The notes below the pieces were generated by a model. That model made no database searches. It saw nothing but the letters and a program-made list of their open reading frames with translations, and was not told the origin of the DNA. DNA of 64,000 bases from Chara braunii. Taxonomy: Eukaryota; Plantae; Charophyceae. Below are positions 41,649 to 52,950 of this stretch, one piece after another; the first letter of the stretch is position 1, and each line of letters starts with the position of its first letter. A program made the translations under genes and the position numbers. The stretch covers positions 1,583,889-1,647,888 of the forward strand of contig BFEA01000014.1 in NCBI GenBank assembly GCA_003427395.1. The letters run 5' to 3'.

Positions 41649-43932
41649 TTTGTATAAATATACTACGCAAGCAGAGTGGTCCGGGAATACTTGGCCGTAG
41701 CGGGTAAAAACGAAAAAAAGGTAAATAACAAGTTGTTGTGATATGCCCTTTGAATATTTGTTATTGAATTTGGCTATGTGACCACGCGAACGAAACCCTA
41801 GAGGACCGGTAGGGATTACCGACGCAACAGGGTGTTTCCACAATCATATGTAACGATGTACAGAGATAACAAAAACAGAAATATTTTACAAACTAAATGA
41901 CAAAAAAAAAAAAAAACACCATGTGAAAATCTTCGTTAAATTTTTGATAAAGGTATTCCATTACCGTCATCACGGGAAAGAATAAAACGTTGGCGGTCGG
42001 CCAGGCACTGGACCAACCCGACCGTTTCAAAGGCCCCGGAGGCAATTCGCCGCCCGATTGCCTCTTTGGCCTGAGCCCAACGTCCCGCACCTTGGGACTT
42101 TGGGTGCATGGCTGGAAATATTGACGACCTGCCAGAAAACCCGACCCTAACTCACAACGCTGAGGGTTTTCGACTGTTGGGGGGAGTGGCGGTCAACATT
42201 GTAACTGCGTTACGCTCGTCCTTCCTTTGAGCCCGAGCACCCCTTTTACAATATCCTCCTCAAGAGGCGGGCGCCGAAATGCACGTTCACACGCCAAGTT
42301 CACCAATCGTCACCAAAAGCTTACTTGCACAGGCTAACTCTTTCCTAAAATCGATAACCGTACTCACTTACCCCATTTACTTACTTACCTCAATGGTTAT
42401 GGTCGTCCGAGGCTTCGAGTCTCACGAGCAGAGTATGTCATTACGACATAAGTACCACGGTGAAGACGGAGGTTGATAACGCTCACCCCTGCGACGAGGG
42501 CGCAATTCTGGACAGGCTATTCGGGCTCCAGCGGATCAACGAAGCGGAGTGAGTGCTCGTTAACCAGCGCCGTCTGCGTGACAGTGTGGGACTGTTAGGA
42601 ACTTCTGATTGTATTTTATACGGACGGTGGGATAATGCATCCTGCCATTTAGGACAGGGAGCTGTAAGACTCTGTTTTCTCATTGGTTTAGAGTTGCTTT
42701 AGGATTCCAGTGCAGAATAAAAGGAGAGGCAATACAGTGTAGTTTCCTAACCTCGTTTTTATGGCGTAGAATACTATTTGTCTTTTGCCTCCTCACATAC
42801 ATCAAGTCTCATGGCGACTCCAAGGGTGTTTATAGCCCTCACTCCGCTGGCCTGTGGACATGTACAAAGGACAAATATCATGGTGTCGTATCTTTCCATG
42901 TTCTAGCGGAAGATCCACTGTTGTTCCGCACATGGTGTCGTATCTCGCAATGTGTGTATGTGTGTGCTCAATGTGACGAGCAGAAAGGCTGAATGCGAAG
43001 TGCAGTTTCGAGGAAAAAGAAAAGAAAAGAAAAAAATGAGTATTCATTTGAAAGCCTGCATCTGCATTTGTTCGTGGAAACGTTCATCAACAAAAAAATT
43101 TTCCAGAATTAAATAATCATTCTATAATAAAATTACATTCTAAATTCTAAATTTTCATTCCATCTTGAAAAATGTTATTCCAATTTTTTAATTTCCTGTC
43201 TTACTTGCAAACTTCCATTGCAAGAATGAGGTATCCCTTCTTATTTGAATTGCATGCTAGAGATGGAATGAAAGTCTGGATGAGTTCATTAAATATTTTA
43301 ATTGGACTGTCATTCTATGTAAGGATTTTCAGTCATAAATGGGTTAATCCAATCTAAATTAAAAGGTATTTGTTATAGTAGAATGAAAGTTTAATTAAGA
43401 TATTCCATAAACTCATCCAGACTATCATTCTATCTTGAACAAATAGATGTATTTGGAAGGGAAAACTCATATTTAGACGAGAACTTATCAAATAAAACTG
43501 AAAACTTTAGAAATGGACGAACATTGAAATGATAATTTATAAATATGAAGGATTTTTTTTCAATGAACTATTTTTTCAACTCTTATTTCTCGTGGGAATT
43601 TTTCTGTTGATAATCATGGCAGTGTCTGTTTCCATGGTCTGACAGCAGATTCACCGATTCACTATCGTTTTACACATTTCGAGAGTAGTGGCGATTGGCC
43701 CAATAAATGCACACAAAGGGCCTTGCCCCACTACTGTGGACGTGCAAAAGACGAAAATCGTGGAGGTGTATCTGTCCATGTTCTACACTAATATTCATGC
43801 TCGTTTTGCAGAGAGAGGAGAGTAGCCAAGGTGGACGCAGAAGGCCGTTCGTTCGTTTTCTGCCTTCCACTGTCACACAAACTAGTAAACTATACTATTC
43901 GATGGCATGTGGGGCGAGACTTCGGACTATAC

Positions 43933-43934
<2 letters not shown>

Positions 43935-43970
<36 letters not shown>

Positions 43971-46900
43971 AAGTCTTAATTCCTTTATTCCAGGCAAATA
44001 ATGAGGCCGGGGACCTCACAACTCAACTTGGAGTTATCCCAACAGCATCAGTCGGTTTAGCTTACAGCCAAAAGGTTGAAGAGCACCTTACTTTTAAACC
44101 CAACTGAACCAACAACCCAACGGGGGGACAAAAAAAATCTAGGACAAGAAATCGCCAAAACTGGGCCGCTAACCTGAAATTCCGACCCCTTGTAACAAAA
44201 GAAGCACCAGGCCCAAAAATCCAGAACAACCACAAAACCACAAAATAAAAGACTGCTACAAGCCATAAACACCCAACAACCAGAAACCTCCTGACCAGAA
44301 GCTAATCTACTTAAACCTGCCTAATAGTGGCAGTCCAATCCAATTGGACCGGAGAACCAAAAGTTAAGAGTGCTCCTTCCATCACCTTCTCCTTTCCAAC
44401 CTCACAACTTGGGATCCAATTTCAGATTTTGGATAGCCAACCCTCCTGCAAAAACATGGCAGTCCCAATTCCCTTCCTCATCGCATGATTCCCATACCCG
44501 TATCTGAGTGAGAACGACTTCCAACGGATGGTGTGTACGGTCTTTTATTTGGACCAGTGTTTTTAGGATTTCAGAGTTAGTTTCTTCCCATTGTTGAAAT
44601 TGTCTCATATCGTTTGTTTTTAATTTTTTTGACGAAATTCGCACCGCAATTGCCAACGAAAACGACGAATATTTGGGTCCCCGTTAGCCGTCTCTCGAAA
44701 AATCTATTTCCCACTCGTTCCAATCCCTACCAGCTTCCAAAAAGAAGATTTCGCGGTAATATTGCGAGATATGTATTAGGTGTCGGGGGGGTCAAGGCCC
44801 TCTGGACTTAAAAATTGATCTCCGTTGCAATGGAATAGCTTGGATCAGTTCTGAAAGTCCTTCCTCCACAAACCAGACGACACTCAGTTGTTCCCTCAGA
44901 CTGGTCGAGGATTTCCACTGACCCTCGACCGAGTTCACGATATCTTCAATTCTCAGAACCCCTCTTTCAATCCATGTCCTTCCAAAACTACTACGTGAGG
45001 AATCTGTCGAAAACCAATCACCATCTGGTTTTCGAATTTGAGGATTTTCGAACAGAGATTGGAGTAAGATTTCAGCCTTGGTCACCGGACTGACCCACGA
45101 ATTCGGCTTTAACCTTTTTCTGGCTAGCATAACCGCTTTCCAGAATTCGGATTCAACCCGACGATTCTGATATGACACAAGGAGAAAGCAAGTTCAAACA
45201 TCACAAGTGCGAGCCAGGTTCCATTCGTTCGTCGATATGATTTTTGCTAGGGCAACCCAATGTGATTCCTCGGTTGAGCACATACCTTTAATTGCCCATT
45301 TTATCAGCATTGCCATCCCTTTGCGCTCAGGGTCAATTAGGCCCAGGCCTCCCTCCTCTTTGGATATCACAGTAAATCCCAAGCCACCTTTGACATAAAG
45401 CCTTGTTCTTCCGTAGCAAATGGTTTCCAGATAAAATTTGCAGCCCTTCGGTGAATCAGGGAACACAGATGTCTTCCAAGAGGTCTGATAGCAGCAACAT
45501 ACTAAAGTAAGGAAAAAAATGCACTGGTAATTACCAGAACTACCAAAAACCGAAAGGTGGTGGGCTTTGCCCAAGTCGCTACTCTCAGTAACGAACGTTG
45601 AAGTAGAATCCCCTCCTGATCCAGACTGCATGATAGCAGAGAGACCTGTACTCCCAAGAACCTCTCTGAATGGTCAGAAACTATGCGTTTCATACCCCAG
45701 TTAGTTATCGGAGTGAACGCTTTAGGCAGAAAAGACACTGATTTAGCCCAGTTAACTGAGCCCTCTGACAATTCGGAGTACTCATCTAGGCAACCTTTCA
45801 AGGCGCTCATTGAAGCCAAGGAGTTCTCAGAGATCGCGAATAGATCATCCGCTAAGGTTTCAACTTTACATTGAGAAAAAACCCACGTTCAGGTTTTAAA
45901 TATGCGGGTTAGATCGTACATTGCACAATAGATTCTCCATCTGGATAACAATAGGAGGGGGGCAAATGGACAACCCTGTCTCAATTAACGAGTCAACGAA
46001 AAAAGGTAGATTTGAAGCCATTGACCATCACAGATGCCGTGGACAAAGAATACAAGGTCAAAACCCGGTTACATAAATTTTTTCCAAAGCCTACATGGCG
46101 CAGAGTCGTCATAACATACGTCCAATTAACTCGGCCATATTTCTTTTCAAGGTCGAGCATCAAAACTGAAAAATTTCTCTGTGTGGTCCCAATCACTGCC
46201 AAGGCTTCAATAGCCGTCACAATATTATCGAAAATAGAGCGACCCTGAACAAAAGCAGCTTGATCCTTTTCAATTGGGGGGGGGAGATGTCTGCCCAAAC
46301 GTCGGGCTAACACTTTAGCCATCAATTTGTAAGATACATTTAGGACAAAAATTGGGCGCCAATTTCTTATTTCAGATCTGGTGCCCTTCTTAAGCAGTAG
46401 GGAGATAATCCCATTCCTCATTCCTACTGCTAAGTTACCCCCAACCAAAACCTGATTATAAATTTTCACCAATTCTTCTTTAATCACATCCCAAATCACA
46501 ATGTAGAGTTCAACAGGTAAACCATCGTCCCCTGGGGCTTTGCCCCTAGCCATGAAGTTAAGCGCTTCCCAAGCTTCTTTAGTGGTTACTGGTCTGTCCA
46601 TGTTCAATATGCCCCGAGAGGATAACCTTTTTCCAAAGTGAGACCAGTGTTGAGAGTTTTCTGAGAGATCTGTAGTCGGATCTTCCGCCGGTCGTCTGGT
46701 GGTTAGGATATCTTGATAATACGTGGCCTCATACTCGCAAAGTTCTCTACCGGTAAGTCATGGTCAAAGGGGTGCATGAGTTCACCCATAGATTGAGTCA
46801 ATTTATTGGGCGTCAATTTTTTGAAGGTCTCACGAGTCATACGGTCATAAACCACTATCCCCTAAACGCTCTGCCCACAAATCAGATTCTTCCTGTTGGA

Positions 46901-49900
46901 GAGCATCCCACTCTGCAAGCAATTTTTCTCTAATCGGGCTCCAAACCACATTAACATAGAATTCGTGAACCCCCCCCCCAAAAAAAATGTTGGGTTTCAA
47001 CGAAATTTATTTAGGATTTTGAGAGTATAGTTTTTAGGCCTTCTACAAGAGCAAGATTCTTTGCGATGTTAAAAAACCACAAAAAAAGAATAAAAAAATA
47101 TTTTTTGAGAATCATTACTAGGTGGAGCATCATATATTTATAAATTCAAATGTTCATGTTTTTTATTATCTCAAAAGATCATGTTTATAGTCCTATAAGT
47201 TGTGTATCACCACGAACATGTTTGAGGGTTTGGTGAACGTGCGAACGTGTTATCTTGTTTTTTAATACGTTTGCCATAACATATTCTTCCTTTTAAAAAA
47301 AAAAAAAAATTCTTCAGTTTTTTGTTTTTAACTTGCGTTTCACTAGGAATTTCAAGATGTGTTTCAGACAAAATTTGTTTGTGCTGTTATTTTGCATAAC
47401 ATGTATTTTTTGAGAAATCTTTTATTGTTAACTTCAAAATTGTTATATTGAGTCTATAAATGTTGAAAATGACATATAGCCCTATATGCCAAAATTCACT
47501 AAAACTGTTTTCTTACAACTTTCGAGTTTGTTTTATTGGAGCTCTGCTTTTCTGAAAGTCTATTGAGAATGACTTATAGTCCTATAACAAGATTTTCATA
47601 AGAACGAGTTTTCCTCCACATCTTAATGATCACTCGACTGTTTGTCTGATTTTTTGCCTTGTCTCTTGGAAAGTGGTAAAAAATGTGTTTTTTTTTTAAA
47701 TCAAAAATAAAAGTTTGACCTCTACTTTTTCACTCTATACAAAACGTTGTGTTTTGTGGTTTTGTTGGGTTTTCACGAATCCTGTGTTCATTTGAGATAG
47801 GGTGAAGGCTCATGCGATCTTCTGCATATTTGAGTTTCCTAACTATCTCCTCTTTTTTTTCCTTTCTGTTTGCAGCAAAAATACGAGAGAAAATGCTTAA
47901 ATACTTTGAAAAAATGCGGGATCTTGCTTCCCACCACACTTCTTTGGAGTCAAATATCTCTCCAACCTGTTTCCACTTCTCCCAAAAACGTAGCATCCGG
48001 TCAACCACACCCGGGTTTTGGAGAATCTGAGTATTTACCCTAAAGTATCCGGGGCCTCATTCCAGTTTGGCCGAATTGAAAATCACCACTACTGGTTTGT
48101 GATCCGAGATCGGATTGTCCATCTCTTCAATATGCACCGTGGCGTGCCATACTTTTAATTAGAGCAGAAAAAAAATCTAACCTCCTGCGGATTGTGCCTT
48201 TCCCTTCCCTAATATTCGAACACCAGGTATAACCTGGGTTCTCGGGGTGGAGGAGAGCATAAGGTTCCGTCAGATCCAAACCCGATGTAAGATCTGCTAA
48301 TGCTTTGACATCACAGTTACCTCAGACCCCTGCCAGGTTGTCCATGGAGGTGTTCCAATCCCCGACGATAATCAGATTATCACAATCAGGAATAACCAGC
48401 GGAATGTCTTCAAGGAAATTAGTACGATCCGACCGATCTGTCGGTGCATAAATACACGCAATAATCCACCCCTGACTCTCTATTCCTAGTTTTATCCAAG
48501 ACCATCTCCCCCACAGATCATCACAAAAATCAATGATTTCAGCATTCAAATTCCTGTGCAGCAAAATTGCTACCCCGCCTTTGGAACCATTGGCAGGGGA
48601 CCACAGTTGTGGGTCATCCCACCATGAACCTAACTCCAAGATCTTCTGTTCTGAAAGCTTACTTTCTTCCAAACAAAGAATATCAATCCTCTTTTCGTGT
48701 ATCCAGCTTTTCAAACGGCCTTTCTTATTTCTTCCGGAGGAATCACCCAGCCCACACACATTCCAAGTGGCAACCCTAAGCCTGCCCATTCCGGGCCGTT
48801 GCTCCAGGTGGTTGGATCTGGGAGGTAACTTCCGCTGCCGAGGTTACAACTGACCAAGGATCAATCAGTGCTTTCCTCACAAAAGAAGAGTCAAGTTTCT
48901 TTTCCTTTCCGAGTTTCGCATTTAGGTCACTCAGACATTCAGCAGATACAGAGGGAGTCAATTTGATTCGTCTCAAGTCTGATTTTCGAACTTCTAACAA
49001 CCAGGTCAACGGGATCAATCTGAGTCCTTCTTTTTCCAATTGTTCCAACAGGGAAGGGTCAAAACATGCATCGAAGAGAGGTGTATAGAGGCGAACCCTT
49101 TTACCCTCCAGATCAATCAGAAAGCGAGGCATCGAGACTTCGATGAGTCTGAACGGAAACTTGTTCTGAACTATAGATCTCGCCAGAGTTTCTGTTGCTA
49201 CTGGCATTGGAGACTTTGGGCAAGGGGTGTTAAGAAACGTACAAGAACCATCCAGACCTCTCCATGCAACTATCCAAAACGAATTTCTGGTCGTCGTGAG
49301 CATCACAGGTAGCAACCTAGATTCAACAACTGTCTGTCCCTTTGATAGTGCTTCCATGCGAAATCGTGAGGATTTACGCTTACCTGTCGTAGATGGTTGC
49401 GGCTGAGATCCATCAGAACAGCCTGATGCTTTTGCATGTAAGTCATCCATCTGAAAATCGTCTCCGGCCTCACTAAGCTTAGTACGTTGCTTACCTGGGG
49501 ATTCACCCCGTTGCCGAAAACCACTTTGACTTGGATTCCTTGTCCCGGAGGTGGTCGGGCTTGCTTGCAGCCTCCCTGCGGAAACCCGCTCGACATCGCA
49601 CCGTTCTGAGGATGGCTATTCTGGAAGTTATTGTACAGTAGTCCCATTGAACCCTGGTTCCATGGCATAAAAGCATGCAAGTTCGCAACCGAAGGGCTCC
49701 CTCCCAACTGCATGTTCGACATCGGCATACCATATGGTGCCGATGTGAAAGAGTGCGAAGGTATGGACTGCAGAAAGGTAGCCCATGCAGCATCCAGCGC
49801 CAGAGTCGCTTGATTGAACTGACCTTGAGGGGCCGCTACTCCCATCTGAAGTGCTTGATTGTCAACTGGCGAGGGTCGGATTGAATCTAGTCGTCGCTCC

Positions 49901-50008
49901 ACCCAGGGCATTGGAAATTGCCGCCTCCTGATGACCCCCTCAAGAGGGTTGGACAACCGAAGTACCTGGTGCACGTAGCGAACCAACGTACCCCGCATGT
50001 GGTTCCGT
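43935..50008 (-). mobile_element. LINE-B 3' half (ORF1 linker and C-terminal domain, degenerate ORF2 APE-RT, 3'UTR, poly(A))
   Basis: ORF2 from 48789: ATWNVCGL, CIYAP, VGDWN, APGDDGLP, NWRPI, LDLEK, RQGCP, LADD, RFLGV. Poly(A) at 43935-43966; the flank TATACGG at 43928-43934 is the TSD. Confidence 0.92.
46953..47788. mobile_element. Non-autonomous TIR element (836 bp) inserted in LINE-B ORF2, 4-bp TSD
   Basis: TIRs AACATAGAATTCGTGAA / TTCACGAATCCTGTGTT, TSD CATT. Excision restores the reading frame HPISNVVWSPIREKLLAEWD. Confidence 0.9.
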
Positions 50009-50655
50009 TGTCGAGGCAAATACCTTGACAAGGTTATTTGCCGGGGATTTTGAATGTCAAACGTCGTCCGACTTTTCGTTGGATTAAAGGACTTGATGTG
50101 ACTGACGTCTGCCAAAAGTTTATTCAGACCTAACTCATGACTGAGAAACTAAAAGTTTTCAAGCTTTAGTTCGGACACATGTAGCGTTCGGGAGTAACGG
50201 ATGTGAATGACAATGTTTTTTTTTTTTTTTAAACTGCAGAAGAGTGAGGACGTGGTAACGCTAAGGCTGGACCTATTCTACATAAAATAATATCGCGCGG
50301 CTGGTTCAGGGCCTAAGCGGGCTAAAAAGAGGGATGCGCCGGGTATGGGGTCACGACGCTAGAGGAATAGCAAGGTTTTGTTTCTAGGCCGCCGGGTTGA
50401 TCTCGAGCCAGGGTGGCCCCAGAGCTGTGGCTAGCAGCCATCCACGGGGAAGCGGCAGGCAGGCAGACCCTGCTAGGCCACCGGCCGGCAAGGCCTGCTA
50501 GACCTCAGACAGGCGGGGCCTATTAGGCCACAGGCGGGGTGGGCTGCGAAGCATAGGTAGGTAGGGCCTGCAAAACCCCGACAGTGGGGAATAGAGACTG
50601 GGCAACTCTTCTTATAGAAGAGTCGCTTCTATCACTATCGTGATAGGAGCTAGCC

Positions 50656-50693
50656 CTGTCTCTTATACACATCTAGATGTGTATAAGAGACAG
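50656..50693. other. Nextera mate-pair junction adapter (artifact)
   Basis: Exact CTGTCTCTTATACACATCT+AGATGTGTATAAGAGACAG (two inverted Tn5 mosaic ends). Absent from the sister LTR. Confidence 0.98.
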
Positions 50694-50982
50694 GTATAGG
50701 ATTGTCACCCGGCAGATACCGGGATTGAATTGGAGGAACCAGACCTCTGGGCATAGCTCCTTTCTGGAGCAGCCCAGTTTTTCTGGCGCGGCCGGTTCCG
50801 GCCGTGCGATCGATAAGATCGAGTGGCCGGGAACAGCCGCGCAAAGATTAACATGGCCCCCGTGTAAGCATGATAAGTATAAATCGAGTAATAAATAAAT
50901 AAATAAATAAAAAGTAAACAGCGCCACATGGCGCCCCGAAAATGTGCCTGAGGGCACATAACGAGTAACCGTTGGCTTTATT

Positions 50983-51016
<34 letters not shown>

Positions 51017-51325
51017 AACAACAAATGTTACAGGTGGAGCGCAAGATGGCGCGACGAGACGTGATGGGGACTTGAAGTCCCTTGAAGGAACTGCAGGCGC
51101 CCGTTTTCACGGGCAGCCTGGCAGGTAAGTCCAATTGTTTTTTCTTTCTTTTAGATTTCGGCTAGATTTTTTTTTTCCCCCCTTCCTCTTCGACCATGCA
51201 CCTGTGCCCGTTCACTTTTACAAACAGGCAGCAGAACATCGGGGTGCCCGAACCTGGCACATATTGAGCTCAGGTACGGGGACTCAAGAGAGAGAGGGGA
51301 AAAAGGGGAAGGAATGACTGTGCTA

Positions 51326-51379
51326 GACTTTTTCGTCGGGTTTGCACTGACTTATCAGGGGGTTGCAACCCCGACAGTG
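51326..51379 (-). ncRNA. Type III hammerhead ribozyme motif in the 5' LTR (G8A variant)
   Basis: CACUG-UC | GGGG-uugcaa-CCCC | CUGAUAA | GUCAG-ugcaaac-CCGAC | GAAA | AAGUC. Confidence 0.7.
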
Positions 51380-51420
51380 AGTCACTGCGACTGAACATGG
51401 CACTGAAGGCAGCTAGGTGA

Positions 51421-51452
<32 letters not shown>

Positions 51453-51490
51453 CTGTCTCTTATACACATCTAGATGTGTATAAGAGACAG
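51453..51490. other. Nextera mate-pair junction adapter (artifact)
   Basis: Exact 38-bp junction sequence, followed by a re-duplicated LTR piece (~51517-51618). Confidence 0.98.
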
Positions 51491-51619
51491 GGATGAGCCT
51501 GCTCGGCTGTAGCATATGGGCAGCTCTTCTTATAGAAGAGTCGCTTCTATCACTATCGTGATAGGAGCTAGCCCAGTAGGCCACGGTATAGGATTGTCAC
51601 CCGGCAGATACCGGGATTN

Positions 51620-51682
<63 letters not shown>

Positions 51683-52559
51683 GCAGCCACCTACCTACCT
51701 ACCTGAGGTTGGCCCCTCATTGTGGAAACTGCCTAAAGGGTGAGCAAAATCGAATGAATCTACCCCAGGAGCAAGGGGAGATTCACGCTACAGGCAAGGG
51801 AAAGGTAAGTCGTTTTTTTTTTTTTTTTTAGTAAAATGGGCCAGTTGCTCGTGGGAAAACGAGCAACTGTTTCCTCAGCAACTCCTGAGGGAACCACCCC
51901 AGCCTGTGTCTGAATCTGGCTGGGGTCGTGGGCCGTATGCAGGCACAGGCAGGTAGAGAGGGGTTTTAAAGGCTGAGAGAGAGAGAGGGAAATGAGAGAC
52001 TTGGGAGGAGGAGGGCCTACTCCTCCCAACACTGACAACTATCCTCCCCGTTTTCAGGGGAGGGCAGGGGTAGAAGTAAGAAAAAGGGGAAAAGAAAAAG
52101 CCACGACTGCGAATGTGGCCGCGACTATGATCAGATACAGGCCAAACTGGCCTGAATGTAACTCAGGCCAGAGGCTGGGGAATTGGAGGGGCAGTGAGGG
52201 GAACTTGGCTGAAAACAACCATTTTCCCATTGAACCTGCATTAAGTATGGGGCTGAGTGCATGGAAAAGGGAGAAAACGAGGGGGGCAGTTGAGTACAAC
52301 TGTCACCCTAAGTGTGTGGCTGCGGTGAGACAACCTCAGTCCGTTGATCTGACTCAGATCACCGGCCCCACGCAAGTGACGAACACTTGCCTCATTGCTG
52401 GAGTGGTGGAGAGGAGGCAGGAGCGCTGCTGGCGGAGCTGGAGGACAGCAAAGGAGTGTCGGACAAGGAGGAGGACAACCATAGCCAAGGCAGAGAGCAC
52501 TCTGCTCCCCTCCCTTTTGGCTGGCGCTGGTCCAACGGGACGGAGCCAAGGACGTTGCG

Positions 52560-52950
52560 GGACTACGACGGCGGCTCTGGTTTTAACAGCGGTGGTGCGG
52601 AAACACTGCTGAATTTTTGCGGAGGCGGCTCTGGTTTTAACAGCGGTCATGCAGAAGCGCTGCTGAAATTTTGCGCCGGCGGCTCCGGTTGTAATAGCGG
52701 CAGTGCGGAAGCGCTGCCGAATTTCTGCGGCGGCGGCACTAAGTTTGACGGCGGTGGTGCGAAAGTGCTGCCGAATTTCTGCGGAGGTGGCACTAAGTTT
52801 TACGGCGGTGGTACGAAAGTGCTGCCAAATTTCTGCGGCGGAGGCACTAAGTTTGACGACGGTGGTGCGGAAGTGCTGCCGGATTTGCGGCGAGGCGGCA
52901 CTTGATTTCCTTTTGGTGGGGAAGTGCTGCCGGATTGGTGAAGCGGCAAC
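52560..52950 (+). repeat. 54-bp minisatellite within the LTR (mirror copy at ~26520-26910)
   Basis: GGTGCGGAA..GCTGCCGAATTTCTGCGGCGGCGGC units, ~6-7 copies. Confidence 0.85.

Noticed and set aside
46951-46954. piggyBac TTAA target site
   Set aside because: The right flank is not TTAA, and the LINE frame is restored only with a CATT duplication.
50656-51490. Tn5-like composite transposon
   Set aside because: Each site is the exact back-to-back synthetic mosaic-end junction of mate-pair libraries; no transposase or 9-bp TSD.
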